The notes below the pieces were generated by a model. That model saw only the letters and a list, made by a program, of their open reading frames with translations. It had not been told where the DNA came from and did not search any database. Below are positions 1-12,116 of a stretch of 64,000 bases of DNA, piece by piece; position 1 is the stretch's first letter; every line of letters starts with the position of its first letter. Both the position numbers and the translations under genes were made by a program. The stretch comes from Trueperaceae bacterium. GTDB lineage: Bacteria; Deinococcota; Deinococci; Deinococcales; Trueperaceae. Location of the stretch: positions 928,001-992,000 of the forward strand of contig JAXHLW010000013.1 of NCBI GenBank assembly GCA_034521815.1. The letters are read 5' to 3'.

Positions 1-239
1 CCCTGAAGCGCGTGCACGACGTCGTCACCCCGATCCTGATCGTTCACGCCGAGGCCGACCATCGCTGCCCGATGGAGCAGGCCGAGCAGTGGTACGTGGC
101 GCTGGGGCGGATCGGCAAGGCCGAAACGAAGCTGCTGCGCTTCCCTCAGGAGAATCACGAGCTGTCGAGGTCGGGCCGGCCCGACCGGCGGATCCGCCGC
201 CTCGACGAGATCGTCGGCTGGTTCGAGACGCACGCCTGA
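1..239 (+). CDS. S9 family (acylaminoacyl/prolyl oligo-) peptidase, C-terminal part, truncated by window edge
   Basis: TPILIVHAEADHRCP...RFPQENHELSRSGRP...RLDEIVGWF; catalytic Asp/His region of S9C peptidases. Confidence 0.85.
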   Translation, partial: LKRVHDVVTPILIVHAEADHRCPMEQAEQWYVALGRIGKAETKLLRFPQENHELSRSGRPDRRIRRLDEIVGWFETHA

Positions 240-286
240 GGGCGGGCTCCGGCGGGGACGCTTCCGCCGCCCAGAGCCGCGGCTCC

Positions 287-706
287 TCAGTCCCGAGCGA
301 CCGTCGCGAGCAGCGTGCGCGCGCCGCCGTGCTCGCGAAGCTCGGCCAAGGCGACGCCCTGCCACGTCCCCAACGCCAGCCGGCCGTCCGCGACCGGAAT
401 CGTGAGCGACACGCCGAACAGGACCGAGCCGACGTGCGCCGGCATGTCGTCGGGCCCCTCGAGCGTGTGCTCGAACCCCTGCCAGCCGTCCGGCACCGCG
501 TCGCGCAGCCAGCGATCGAGGTCGCGCCGCACCGCGGGCGAGGCGTTCTCGGTCAGGAGCAGGCCGGCCGAGGTGTGCCGCAGGAACAGGTCGAGGCGAC
601 CCACCTCGACGCCGCGCAGATCGACGCCGGCCACGACCTCGTCGGTGATCAGGTGGATCCCGCGCGAGCGCGGGCGCAAGGTGAGCTCGGTGCGCGTCAT
701 GGTCAT
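287..706 (-). CDS. yjbQ: YjbQ/UPF0047 family protein
   Basis: HTSAGLLLTENA, HTLEGPDDMPAH, LALGTWQG motifs. Confidence 0.9.
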   Translation of the reverse strand: MTMTRTELTLRPRSRGIHLITDEVVAGVDLRGVEVGRLDLFLRHTSAGLLLTENASPAVRRDLDRWLRDAVPDGWQGFEHTLEGPDDMPAHVGSVLFGVSLTIPVADGRLALGTWQGVALAELREHGGARTLLATVARD

Positions 707-730
707 GCCGTCAGGCTAGCGCGGGACAGG

Positions 731-1627
731 CTAGCGCGGAGCGTCCAGCACCGTCGCCAGCGCCCTGCGTCCGTCCGCCTCGAGCGTCGCGTCGTCGTGC
801 CGAGCCGCCCAGCCGATCGTCGCGACGGCGTCCAGCGCCCTGAGGCCGGGGAGCCACGGGGCGTCCGGATCGGCAGGACCGCCGGCTGCCCGGTAGCCCG
901 CCATGAACGCTGCCCGCGAGCCCGGACGGACGGCCCACGGGCCCGACGCCAGCCGGGCCAGATCGGCCTCGGCCAGGTCGGCCCTGGCGTGCTCCAGATC
1001 GAGCGCCGCGACCCAACGGCCGCCCCGGACCAGCCAGTTCCGAGGAGTGAAGTCGCGGTGGCACGGCACGCGCGGACGGCCGCCGAGCATCGGAAGCGTC
1101 GCGGCCAGCAGCGCTTCGACCGTGCGCCGCGTCGACGGGTCCAGCGCCGCCGACGCTCGCCCGACGGCCGCGTCGGCGCGCCGGCGGTAGGCGTCGTCCA
1201 GCGGTAGCGGATCGCTGCCCGCCGCTGCCGCCGGAAGCAGGTGCAGGCGCGCCAGCCACGCGCCGGCCGCCGCGTGCACCGTGGCGGGCACCGTGGCGGG
1301 CGCCTCGGTCCAGGTCTCCGCTGCCACCCGCCCCGGAAGCGCCTCGAGCACGATCGCCCGCGGCGGCACGTCGCGAACGGCCAGCAGCCGGGGCAGCTCC
1401 GGCTCCAGCGAGGGTCCCCACGCCCGGTAGGCGCTCACCTCGCGGCGGTGCTTGCCGACCGTGCGGTGGAGCTTCAGCACGGCGCGGCCGCCGTCCGCGA
1501 GCTCGAGCTCCAGCACCCTCGTCGTGTCGGGCGCCCAGGAGAGGTCGCGCGCGGAGGTCGCCGGCACGCCCAGCGCGTCGGCGACGAATCGTAGCAAGCA
1601 GGGGTCCAGGAACGTACGGTGCGTCAT
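731..1627 (-). CDS. aminoglycoside phosphotransferase / choline kinase-like family protein
   Basis: [11 protein letters not shown] (Brenner motif) and LDLEHA. Confidence 0.8.
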   Translation of the reverse strand: MTHRTFLDPCLLRFVADALGVPATSARDLSWAPDTTRVLELELADGGRAVLKLHRTVGKHRREVSAYRAWGPSLEPELPRLLAVRDVPPRAIVLEALPGRVAAETWTEAPATVPATVHAAAGAWLARLHLLPAAAAGSDPLPLDDAYRRRADAAVGRASAALDPSTRRTVEALLAATLPMLGGRPRVPCHRDFTPRNWLVRGGRWVAALDLEHARADLAEADLARLASGPWAVRPGSRAAFMAGYRAAGGPADPDAPWLPGLRALDAVATIGWAARHDDATLEADGRRALATVLDAPR

Positions 1628-1722
1628 GGCCTGTGCTAGCCTACCGAGTCGGGCGACGCGACCGAGATCGATCTATCTTCGTATCCGGTCGGGTTCCGCG
1701 CGAATTTGAGGGGAGCACCATC

Positions 1723-1992
1723 ATGGCCATCGACGCCGCACAGAAGAAGGACATCGTCGCGAAGTACGGCAAGGACGACACCGACACCGGATCCACGCGT
1801 GTCCAGATCGCTTTGCTCACCACCCGCATCCTCGAGCTGTCCCAGCACCTGCAGCGCAACAAGAAGGACCACCACGGCCGCCGCGGCCTGCTGGTGATGG
1901 TCGGCAAGCGCAAGCGGCTGCTCGGCTATCTCGAGAAGACCGACTTCGAGGGCTACAAGAGCCTGATCGCCGACCTCGGCCTGCGTCGCTGA
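1723..1992 (+). CDS. rpsO: 30S ribosomal protein S15
   Basis: [13 protein letters not shown]...[20 protein letters not shown]; 89 aa from ATG 1723 with GGGAG RBS. Confidence 0.98.
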   Translation: MAIDAAQKKDIVAKYGKDDTDTGSTRVQIALLTTRILELSQHLQRNKKDHHGRRGLLVMVGKRKRLLGYLEKTDFEGYKSLIADLGLRR

Positions 1993-2150
1993 GCTGGTGA
2001 CGGCGGGCCGCCACGCAGCTCAGGCCCTCGGGCGCCCAACGGCGCGCGTCGCGGCGGGACGGCCTTGCGCCGTCTCGCCGTTGCTGCACCTATCTTGATC
2101 GCCGACCGGCGTATCGGTCGGAGCCCGGAATATCCGGCGAAGGAGTACTC

Positions 2151-4352
2151 GTGAACATACCCGAAGGAAAACGTTACGTCACGCAGCTAGGCGGGCGCGA
2201 GCTCGTGATCGAGACCGGCAAGTACGCCAAGCAGGTGTCCGGCAGCGTCACCGTGCGTTACGGCAACAGCCTGGTCCTCGTCACCGCGCACATGCAGGAC
2301 GATCCCAAGCCGATCCCGTTCCTGCCGCTCACCGTCGACTACGAGGAGAAGCACTACGCGATCGGCAAGATCCCCGGCTCGTTCCTGCGTCGCGAGGGTC
2401 GCCCCGGCACCCAGGCGACGCTGAACGCCCGCATCACCGACCGGCAGATCCGTCCGCTGTTCCCGAAGCAGCTCAGGAACGAGACGCAGGTCATCATCAC
2501 CGTGCTGTCGGCCGATCAGGAGAACGATCCCGCGCCTCTGGGCGCGATCGGCGCGTCGGCCGCGCTCGCGATCAGCGACATCCCCTGGAGCGGCCCGACG
2601 GCGTCCCATCACGTGGGGTACCTGAACGGCGAGTACGTGATGGCGCCGACCTTCCAGCAGCTCTCGGAGAGCGCGATGCACCTGACGGTCGCGGCCAGCA
2701 AGGACGCCGTCCTGATGGTCGAGGCCTCCGCCGACGAGCTACCCGAGACCACCATGGTCGGCGCGATCGAGTTCGCGCAGCGCGAGCTGGCGCCGGTGAT
2801 CGAGACGATCGAGCGGATGCAGGCCGAGCTGGGCCAGCCCAAGAAGTCGTTCGTCCCCGCCATGGAGATCTCGGCCGACGACGTCGAGGCCGTGAGCCGC
2901 GCCGCCGAGCAGGCCGGCCTGGCCGAGGTGCTCCTCACCGAGGGCAAGCACGAGCGCTCGGAGGCCGTCAAGGCGCTCCGCGACCGCATCCTGGACGACC
3001 TGATCCCCGATCCCGACGCCGAAGGCGCCGATCAGCGCCGAGGCCAGCTCAAGGCCGCGTTCGGCAAGGCCGAGGCCGCCGCGATGCGCGCGATGGTCCT
3101 GGACCGCAAGGTGCGCAGCGACGGTCGGCGCCCCGACGAGATCCGCCCGATCTGGATCGAGACCGGCGTGCTGCCCATGGCGCACGGCTCGGCCGTGTTC
3201 ACGCGCGGCGAGACGCAGGTCCTGTCCGTCTCGACGTTGGGCACGGGCCGTGACAACCGGCTGGTGGACGACTTGGGTCTCGAGAGCACCGAAGAGTTCA
3301 TGCTGCACTACAACTTCCCGCCCTACTCCACCGGCGAGGTCAAGCGGCTGTTCGGTACCTCGCGGCGCGAGCAGGGTCACGGCAACCTGGCGCGGCGAGC
3401 CGTCGTGGGACAGCTTCCGGGCCAGGAGACGTTCCCCTACGTGATCCGCTCCGTCGGCGAGACGCTCGAGTCGAACGGCTCGTCGTCGATGGCGACCGTC
3501 TGCGCCACCAGCCTGTCGCTGATGGACGCCGGCGTTCCGATCAAGGCGCCGGTCGCGGGCATCGCGATGGGCCTGGTCATGGACGGCGACCGCTACGAGA
3601 TCCTGAGCGACATCCTGGGCAGCGAGGACGCCCTGGGCGACATGGACTTCAAGGTGACCGGAACGGCGAACGGCGTGACGGCGCTGCAGATGGACATCAA
3701 GGTCCAAGGCATCACCGCCGAGCTGATGACCCGCGCGCTGGACCAGGCGCGCGAGGGACGGCTGCACATCCTCGGCCTGATGCACGAGGCGCTTCCCGCG
3801 CCGCGCACCGAGCTGGCCTCCCGCGCTCCGCGCATCGAGACGGTCCAGATTCCCAGCGACAAGATCGGCACCGTCATCGGGCCCGGCGGGAAGCAGATCC
3901 GCGAGCTCGAGGCGCTGGGCGCCAAGGTCGAGATCGAGGAGGACGGCCGCGTCCGCATCTACACCGACGACGGCGCGGTCGCCGACGAGGTCAAGCGCCG
4001 CATCGAAGCGCTCACCGAAACGCCCGAGGTCGGCAAGGTCTACCAGGGCAAGGTCGCCAAGATCGTCGACTTCGGCGCGTTCGTGAACCTGTTCCCCGGC
4101 ACCGACGGCCTGCTGCACATCAGCCAGATCGCCGAGGGACGCGTCGAGAACGTGTCCGACCACCTCAAGGAAGGCCAGCCGCTCGAGGTCAAGATCAACG
4201 GGATCGACGACCGCGGCAAGATCGACCTGGTCCGCCCCGAGCTCGAAGGCGTCGTCGCACCGCGCGCGCCGCGTCGGGCCGGCGGCCCCGGCGGCGGCGG
4301 ACGCCGGGACGAGCGCGGCGGCCGCGGCGGCGGCGGACCCCGGGGCCGATGA
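2151..4352 (+). CDS. pnp: polyribonucleotide nucleotidyltransferase (PNPase)
   Basis: FLPLTVDYEEK, ESNGSSSMA, EDALGDMDFKV, KH and S1 domains; follows rpsO. Confidence 0.98.
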   Translation: MNIPEGKRYVTQLGGRELVIETGKYAKQVSGSVTVRYGNSLVLVTAHMQDDPKPIPFLPLTVDYEEKHYAIGKIPGSFLRREGRPGTQATLNARITDRQIRPLFPKQLRNETQVIITVLSADQENDPAPLGAIGASAALAISDIPWSGPTASHHVGYLNGEYVMAPTFQQLSESAMHLTVAASKDAVLMVEASADELPETTMVGAIEFAQRELAPVIETIERMQAELGQPKKSFVPAMEISADDVEAVSRAAEQAGLAEVLLTEGKHERSEAVKALRDRILDDLIPDPDAEGADQRRGQLKAAFGKAEAAAMRAMVLDRKVRSDGRRPDEIRPIWIETGVLPMAHGSAVFTRGETQVLSVSTLGTGRDNRLVDDLGLESTEEFMLHYNFPPYSTGEVKRLFGTSRREQGHGNLARRAVVGQLPGQETFPYVIRSVGETLESNGSSSMATVCATSLSLMDAGVPIKAPVAGIAMGLVMDGDRYEILSDILGSEDALGDMDFKVTGTANGVTALQMDIKVQGITAELMTRALDQAREGRLHILGLMHEALPAPRTELASRAPRIETVQIPSDKIGTVIGPGGKQIRELEALGAKVEIEEDGRVRIYTDDGAVADEVKRRIEALTETPEVGKVYQGKVAKIVDFGAFVNLFPGTDGLLHISQIAEGRVENVSDHLKEGQPLEVKINGIDDRGKIDLVRPELEGVVAPRAPRRAGGPGGGGRRDERGGRGGGGPRGR

Positions 4353-4416
4353 GTCGTGCGGGGGTCGGCTGGCCGGCCCCCGCTCCGCACCGTGCACGCT
4401 CCGCCGCCGCAGCGAC

Positions 4417-4458
4417 CCGGTCGTTGCGAACCGGTCGTCGCGAACCGGTCGTCGCGAC
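4417..4458. repeat. short tandem repeat, about 3 x 14 bp (CCGGTCGTYGCGAA)
   Basis: ccggtcgttgcgaa ccggtcgtcgcgaa ccggtcgtcgcgac in the pnp-rnj intergenic region. Confidence 0.7.
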
Positions 4459-4591
4459 CCCGTCGTGACGACATCGCACGAAGCGACGCTGGCACCGGCG
4501 ACGGCTGACCTGCACCCCAGCGAGATGCGGCCTCGACCACGATCGCAAGCGATCGGGCGGGCGCGCCGCGTACCGAGAACACGAGGACTCC

Positions 4592-6253
4592 ATGGCACGA
4601 AAGAGCGATAAGCGCCTCCGCATCATCCCGTTCGGCGGGATGGGCGAGATCGGCAAGAACATGTTCGCGTTCGACTATCAGGACGAGATCCTGATGGTCG
4701 ACGGCGGACTCGCCTTCCCCGACGCCGACATGCTGGGCGTCGACATTCTCGTCCCCAAGATCGACTGGGTCGTCGAGAACGCGAAGCGCATCAAGGGCTG
4801 GGTCTTGACCCACGGTCACGAGGACCATATCGGCGGCCTGCCCTACATGCTGAAGCAGCTCCCCAAGAAGATCCCGATGTACGGCGCGAAGCTCACGCTG
4901 GGCTTTCTCCGCGGGAAGTTCGAGGAGTTCAAGCTGAAGGAGAGCGACGTCGACCTGCGCGAGATCACGCCGGACGACCGGATCAAGATCAGCAACTTCT
5001 TCACCGTCGACTTCTTCCGCATGACCCACTCGATCCCGGACAACAGCGGCCTGATCATCCACACGCCGCTGGGACGGGTCGTGCACAGCGGCGACTTCAA
5101 GCTGGACTACCACCCCGCCGACGGCAAGACCAGCCACCTGGCCAAGATCGCGGCCGCAGGCGCGGAGGGCGTGCTGTTGCTGCTGTCCGACTCGACGAAC
5201 GGCGAGCGGCCGGGCTTCACCGTCAGCGAGCGCGACGTGATGATGGCCGCCGACGATCTGGTCGCCAAGGCGCCCGGACGTGTGATCGTCACGACCTTCT
5301 CGAGCCACGTGCACCGGCTGCAGAACTTCATCCGTGTCGCCGAGAAGCACGACCGCCGGGTCGCCGTCGAAGGCCGGTCGATGATCAAGAACACCAAGAT
5401 CGCGCAGGAGCTGGGCTACCTCGAGACGAAGCGCCCGCTCCTGTCGATGGATCAGCTCGGCGAGCTTCAGGACGACAAGGTCATGGTGCTCGCCACCGGC
5501 AGCCAGGGACAGCCGATGGCGGCGCTGTCGCGACTGGCGTCCGGCACGCACCGCAAGCTGAGCCTGCAGAAGAACGACACGATCATCATGTCCTCGAACC
5601 CGATCCCGGGCAACGAGGAGGCGGTGAACCGCGTCGTGAACCAGCTGTACGAGCGTGGCGTGCGCGTGCTGTACCCGCCGAAGTACAAGGTCCACGCCTC
5701 GGGCCACGGCAGCCAGGAGGAGCTCAAGCTGATCCTCGACCTGGCCCGGCCCAAGTTCTTCATCCCGTGGCACGGCGAGCCGCGCCACCAGGTGAACCAC
5801 GCCTGGCTGGCCGAGAGCATGCCGAACCCCCCGCAGAAGGTCGTGATCCCCCACAACGGCGACGTGATGGAGCTCAGCGCCGACGATCTCAAGGTCGTCG
5901 GTCAGGTGGACGCCGGCATCGTGTACATCGACTCGATGGGACGCAGCGCCGACGAGATCGGCGAGCCGGTGATCCGCGACCGCCAGACGCTGTCGAACGA
6001 GGGCGTGATCGTGATCATGGCGCTGGCCGGGAAGAAGCCCTCCGTCGAGGTGATCGTTCGCGGCGTCGCCGGGGCGGACGGCAACGTCACGAAGGAGATC
6101 GAGCGGATCGCGCTCGAAGGCCTCAAGAAGGGCGTACGCGAGAAGAAGCGCCTGAACGACATTCGCGACGACGTCTTCTACCCCGTTCGCCGCTACCTGC
6201 GGAAGGCCACCGGCCGTACCCCGCTGATCGTCCCGACGGTGATCGAAGGCTGA
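4592..6253 (+). CDS. rnj: ribonuclease J
   Basis: GGMGEIGKNM, THGHEDHIGG, HSIPD, GSQGQP, HASGH, PWHGE. Confidence 0.97.
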   Translation: MARKSDKRLRIIPFGGMGEIGKNMFAFDYQDEILMVDGGLAFPDADMLGVDILVPKIDWVVENAKRIKGWVLTHGHEDHIGGLPYMLKQLPKKIPMYGAKLTLGFLRGKFEEFKLKESDVDLREITPDDRIKISNFFTVDFFRMTHSIPDNSGLIIHTPLGRVVHSGDFKLDYHPADGKTSHLAKIAAAGAEGVLLLLSDSTNGERPGFTVSERDVMMAADDLVAKAPGRVIVTTFSSHVHRLQNFIRVAEKHDRRVAVEGRSMIKNTKIAQELGYLETKRPLLSMDQLGELQDDKVMVLATGSQGQPMAALSRLASGTHRKLSLQKNDTIIMSSNPIPGNEEAVNRVVNQLYERGVRVLYPPKYKVHASGHGSQEELKLILDLARPKFFIPWHGEPRHQVNHAWLAESMPNPPQKVVIPHNGDVMELSADDLKVVGQVDAGIVYIDSMGRSADEIGEPVIRDRQTLSNEGVIVIMALAGKKPSVEVIVRGVAGADGNVTKEIERIALEGLKKGVREKKRLNDIRDDVFYPVRRYLRKATGRTPLIVPTVIEG

Positions 6254-6287
6254 GCGGACGCCAAGCGACCGATCGACGACGGGCGGC

Positions 6288-7004
6288 CTACGGGCCGCCC
6301 TCGTTCGTGACGTCCGGCGGAGGGACGTCGACCTCGGCCCAGTCGGCCAGCCGGAGCAGCTCGTCCAGCGTGCCGCCGCGCGCCTCCTCGATCAGGTCGC
6401 CCACGTGCAGCAGCGCATGGGACGGCCGTGCTTGCGCGTCCCAGCCCTCGGCCGGAACGTGCCGACCGTCGCGCCACAGCTCCACGGCGCGCGCCAACGG
6501 GACCGCGTAGAGCGTGTCCACTTCGCTGGAATCCAGCTGGTAGCCGTCCAGCGGGGCGTCGCGTCGCATCGCGAAGACCTCCTGCAGCTCGCGGTCCACG
6601 GCGTGCGCGTAGACGCGTTCCGACACCACCGTTCCCAGCCGGTGCACGTCCATCACGTCCACGGGAACGCCGATCTCTTCCTCCACCTCGCGCAGCGCGT
6701 TCGGCCACGATTCGCCGGCGCGAAGGTGCCCGCCGACCGTCACGTCGATCTTGCCGCCGGCCAGGTCCTTCGCGCGCGACCTTCGCTGCAGCAGGACACG
6801 ATCCTCGGCGTCGACGATCCAGACGTGCACGGCCCGGTGCCAGTCGCCGTCGCGGTGGACCGCCGACCGCGGCTTCGTCTCGCCCGTCGGCCTCCCGGCT
6901 TCGTCCAGGACGTCGAACCGCTCCTCGGACTCGTCGGCGCGATCCTGCGGTTCGGCGTCGCGGTTCTCGACGTCGGGATCGGGGGAACCCGTCGACTCGC
7001 TCAC
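6288..7004 (-). CDS. Nudix hydrolase (IDI-like subfamily)
   Basis: HRDGDWHRAVHVWI...LQRRS..K; Nudix box GGHLRAGESWPNALREVEEEIG. Confidence 0.88.
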   Translation of the reverse strand: MSESTGSPDPDVENRDAEPQDRADESEERFDVLDEAGRPTGETKPRSAVHRDGDWHRAVHVWIVDAEDRVLLQRRSRAKDLAGGKIDVTVGGHLRAGESWPNALREVEEEIGVPVDVMDVHRLGTVVSERVYAHAVDRELQEVFAMRRDAPLDGYQLDSSEVDTLYAVPLARAVELWRDGRHVPAEGWDAQARPSHALLHVGDLIEEARGGTLDELLRLADWAEVDVPPPDVTNEGGP

Positions 7005-7127
7005 GACCCGAGCCTACCGCTGCGCAGGGCAAGCAGGACAGGGCGCACGCAGCTAGACGCCCTGACCCCGACGCCCTGAGCCGGGCGCTCTTGGCCCGGG
7101 CGCCCTGGTTCGGGTGCGAACCGGAGT

Positions 7128-7154
7128 GACCGACGGACCGACGGACCGACGGAC
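7128..7154. repeat. tandem 8-mer GACCGACG x3 upstream of the tRNA promoter
   Basis: gaccgacg gaccgacg gaccgacg gac. Confidence 0.7.
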
Positions 7155-7165
7155 GATCGATGCAT

Positions 7166-7195
7166 TTGACCGTCATGCACGATCCCGAGTATGCT
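7166..7195 (+). promoter_or_regulatory. sigma70-type promoter of tRNA-Pro
   Basis: TTGACC-N18-TATGCT, 13 nt upstream of the tRNA. Confidence 0.6.
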
Positions 7196-7208
7196 GCACC
7201 TCGCTCTT

Positions 7209-7285
<77 letters not shown>

Positions 7286-7288
7286 AGA

Positions 7289-7326
7289 CGCGAGAAGGGC
7301 ACGCCACGTGGCGTGCCCTTCTCGCG
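7289..7326. repeat. perfect 38-bp palindrome directly after the tRNA (hairpin/terminator)
   Basis: CGCGAGAAGGGCACGCCAC|GTGGCGTGCCCTTCTCGCG. Confidence 0.8.
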
Positions 7327-7329
7327 CGT

Positions 7330-7760
7330 GGGGTCGAGCGTCGCCGGTGACCGGCCGTGATCGACCCTACGGCTCGAGGCGACCCGACGCGCCCCCTCCG
7401 GGGTGTCCGCGCCGCGACGGGACGCGGACCACGTCCAGGCGGCCCCGCCGTACTCGAGAAACACGAACGCGAGCAAGGGAGCCCGGCCGCGCCGAACGCC
7501 ACCACCAAGAGAAGCCCGGTACCGGCGAGCACCCGGACAGGGACCGATGCGCGGATCAGGGTACGATCCTCGCGGCTCGACGCGATCAGGTAGTACGCGC
7601 CTAGCGCCGCGACGACGATGCCGAGGATGCGGACGACCGGCTCGGCGCCCGCCGCGAACCCGAGGACCGCGGTGGGCACGCCGGGAGCGAGCGCGAACGC
7701 GAGGCCGAGCCCCGACAGCAGGGCGCCGACCGCGAATACCGACTTGGCGGCAGGACTCAT
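7330..7760 (-). CDS. small multi-TM membrane protein, 3' end frameshifted (end approximate)
   Basis: MSPAAKSVFAVGALLSGLGLAFALAPG...VVRILGIVVAALGAYY; hydrophobic, RBS GAGGAGG. Confidence 0.55.
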
Positions 7761-8462
7761 GACGTTTCCTCCTCGCCCCGGATGGCTGCGCCGGGGGATC
7801 CCGAATCGTGGTTCTCGTCGACGGGAATCGGCTCTTCGAACCAGTCGCGGGCCAGCGCCACCACGCGCTCGAGCGTGCCCGGCTCCTCGAACAGGTGCGT
7901 GGCGCCCGGAACGATCTCGAGCCGCGTCTCGCAACGCATCGGCCCGCTTCGCCTTCTCGTTCAGCTCGATCACCACGTCGTCGAGCCCACCGACGATCAG
8001 CAGCGTAGGCGCGCGCACGGCGGGCAGGTCCGGTCCGGCCAGATCGGCGGCCACCGCGCGACACCACGGCCCGGGCCGCGTTGGGCCGGCGCGCCGCCGC
8101 GACCAGCGCCGCGGCGGCGCCCGCGTCGCTCCGAACAGGCCGACGGCGAGTCGACGGACGTCCGGCCGCGTCGAGCCAGGTCATCGCCGCCTCGAGTCGC
8201 CGGGCCAACAGGGGACGTCGAAGCGGTACTGGCGGGCGAGGACGTCGACGCGGTCCTCCTCCTCGGCGAGCAAGTCCAGGAGTAGGGCGGCGCGGCCGGC
8301 GTCGTTCAGGCCCCGCGCGACGAAGCGGTTGCGCGGACTGTGCCGGCCGCTCCCGCTTCCGTGCGCGAACAGCACCAGACCGCGCACGCCGTCGGGCACG
8401 GTCAGGTCGCCGTGCACACGCGCGTCGCCGTCGGGGATCGTCACGTGCAGCAGCTCGGACAC
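7757..8462 (-). pseudogene. dienelactone hydrolase-like alpha/beta hydrolase, fragmented
   Basis: GLVLFAHGSGSGRHSPRN, VRAPTLLIVGGLD and IVPGATHLFEEPGTLE lie in different frames; nucleophile motif damaged. Confidence 0.75.
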
Positions 8463-8567
8463 GGGGTTCGTCGCCTCCTCACCTCGCGACCATGACGCGG
8501 CGAGCGGGCCGTCCCCGGCCGCGGGCTCGACCCGACTCCGCGGGCAGGGACCCGGGACCCGGTCAGC

Positions 8568-8830
8568 TCACTCTTTGCCATGGATCGCGACTCGTGCCGC
8601 GCGTCCCCTTCGAGGATCGGCAACGTCAGCATCAGGACGCCGTTCTCGAACGCGGCCTCGGCGGCGCGCACCACGATGGTGCCCTCCTCTTCGTACATGT
8701 CGACGGGGTCCCTGGAGCGTCTCCTCGGCCCAGATCGACCGTGGCAGGAGCGACTCATCGAACATGCGGTCGAACACGGTCGGAAGGGCCGGAGATCGCT
8801 CATGCGGCGGGGTCGAATCGCGCGCTTCAT
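8568..8830 (-). pseudogene. Hsp20/alpha-crystallin small heat-shock protein remnant with internal deletion
   Basis: FDRMFDES...VDMYEEEGTIVVRA joined directly to AEAAFENGVLMLTLP. Confidence 0.7.
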
Positions 8831-9321
8831 GCGATCACCTCGTTTCCGCTCGTCCGTGCACCGTCGCGTCGGCGGATCGTGGGTCGAGGGGCCGGTGGCT
8901 CCGGCGGTCGTGACGCTCCAGCGGTCGCGTGCCGGCGACGCGGACCTAGCACCCCCACCCCAGCACGAGCGGCCTGGATCACGGGTCCTTCGTTTTCCCA
9001 CGGCGAGGTCGGAGCGGCTGTACGGACGCGGCGACGACGGGCCAAACCTCCCTGGACCGCACGCACGTCGGGATAGCGTCGCCTGCGATGCTGGGCCACC
9101 CTCGGGTCCGACGTACGCGTCGCTCCGCCGCGCGCTGGTGCTCGCCACGCCGGCCGGCGTCGGTCGTCACGCTGGCGATCGGGTCGGAGGCGTTCCGTTT
9201 CGAGCCGGCGCCGGACGTCGACACGGCGACCCTGCACGTCGGGGTCACGACGGTTCCGAAGACGCACGCCGCGGATCCCGCGCCCACCAGCGCCTCCCAA
9301 GGACCTGATCGGTCCAGATAG

Positions 9322-9420
9322 ACCGCGGAGCCGGTGGAGCGCGGTCGGTCGCTGTACCTGGCGAGCTGCGCGGCCTGCCACGGCGCCACCGGCCAGGGCC
9401 ATGGAGCGACCGCTCCACGC
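9322..9420 (+). pseudogene. cytochrome c domain fragment
   Basis: VERGRSLYLASCAACHGATGQG (CxxCH) with no intact flanking ORF. Confidence 0.6.
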
Positions 9421-9567
9421 CGACGGCCGGGCCGGCTGAGCGAGGCTTCTCCGATGCACTACGATGTTTGTAGCGGTCACGTGGTCGAAATCGCCTACGC
9501 AGGCATCGACCAGGACCACGAAACGTTGTCCCTGAAGGCATTGGGGGCGCACAGGATGCGCACCGGC

Positions 9568-10848
<1,281 letters not shown>

Positions 10849-10849
10849 C

Positions 10850-11732
10850 TCAGCGCCCCTTCACGGTGGGGTCCCAGCGGCGGCTGTAACCGGCGGTGAT
10901 GCGGTCCATGACGATGGCCAGGAACACGATGGCGAGGCCGGCCTCCAGCCCGAGGCCGACGTCGCCCCGCTGCAGGCCGCGCAACACCTCCTGGCCCAGT
11001 CCGCGTGCACCGATCATCGACGCCAGGACGACCATCGCGAGCGCCATCATGATCGTCTGGTTGACGCCGGCCATGATCGTCGGCAGCGCCAGCGGCAGCC
11101 GCACCCAGATGAGCGTCTGGCGTTCCGAGGCACCGAAGGCGTGGGCGGCCTCCAGCACCTCGGTGTCCACCAGCCGCAGGCCCAGGTCGGTCAGGCGGAT
11201 GATGGGCGGCACCGCGTAGATGAAGGTGGCGATGATGGCCGCGACGTTGCCCAGGCCGAAGAACATGACCACCGGCACCAGGTAGACGAAGCTCGGCATC
11301 GTCTGCATGCCGTCGAGCAGCGGTCTGAGCAGCGTCTTGACGAGGTCGCTGCGGGCCATGGCGACGCCGATCGGGATGCCGATCACGATCGTGAACAGCG
11401 TCGCGATGAGCATGATCGCCAGCGTGGTCATCATCTCGGACCAGAGGCCGAAGGTCCCGACCAGCACGAGCAGGCCCGATAGCGTGACGGCAGGCCAGAT
11501 GCGGCGTCCGCTCGCGTGCCACACGAGCGCGGCGACGAGGAGCACCACGAGCCACCAAGGCGTGGCGGCGAGCCCGCGCTCGACGCGCACCAGAAGGAGC
11601 AGCATCGTGTCGGTGATGCCGCGGAACACGTCGCCGTAGGTGGCGATCAGCCAATCGACCCCGTCGTTCGTCCAGCTGCGCAGCGGGATGCGCCAGGCTC
11701 TCCGGGAACGGTTGGTTCAGGAACGTGAGCAT
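10850..11732 (-). CDS. proW: glycine betaine ABC permease (ProW-like), frameshift near 5' end
   Basis: LLDGMQTMPSFVYLVP, EAAHAFGA, AGVNQTIMMALAMVV. Confidence 0.88.
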
Positions 11733-12116
11733 CGAGGTGACTTACGACGGCCCGGCCGACATGCGCGAGGCGGGCGCAGCGACGGCCGAGCGGACCGACC
11801 TCGGCCGTCCGCAAGGACGGTTCGGTTGGCGCCATCGGCCCGCCGCGGTCGGGTGCCCGGGCATGGGCTGCGCCGCTCACGAGCGGCTCCACGAGCAGGT
11901 CGGGTGCGATGACACGGCTTCGCGACGGTCTAGACGCGATGGCGGACATCGCATCAAGCGAACGTGACGAGCTCGGGCTCGAGCGGTGATCGCCCGGCAC
12001 GAGGCCGCCGACGGCCCGGCGGAGCCGACACCCGTTTGCGTCGGGTGACGGGCCCGCCGGGCCCTGGCGAGGCGGTCAGACGGCTTCTTCAGCGCTGCAG
12101 CGGAACGCGCCGACCC

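Noticed and set aside
1670-2150. S15 autoregulatory leader and pnp leader hairpin (2102-2121)
   Set aside because: Plausible by position but cannot be matched to a known model by eye; an ordinary expectation for this locus.
4417-4458. Short tandem repeats (also 7128-7154, 22857-22912) as CRISPR arrays
   Set aside because: Units are 8-14 bp with no unique spacers, and there are no cas genes in the window.
89-5854. Long Arg/Pro/Ala-rich alternate-frame and antisense ORFs (e.g. 89-1207, 2739-4598, 4040-5854)
   Set aside because: Shadow ORFs expected in high-GC DNA, overlapping well-supported genes, with no domain motifs.
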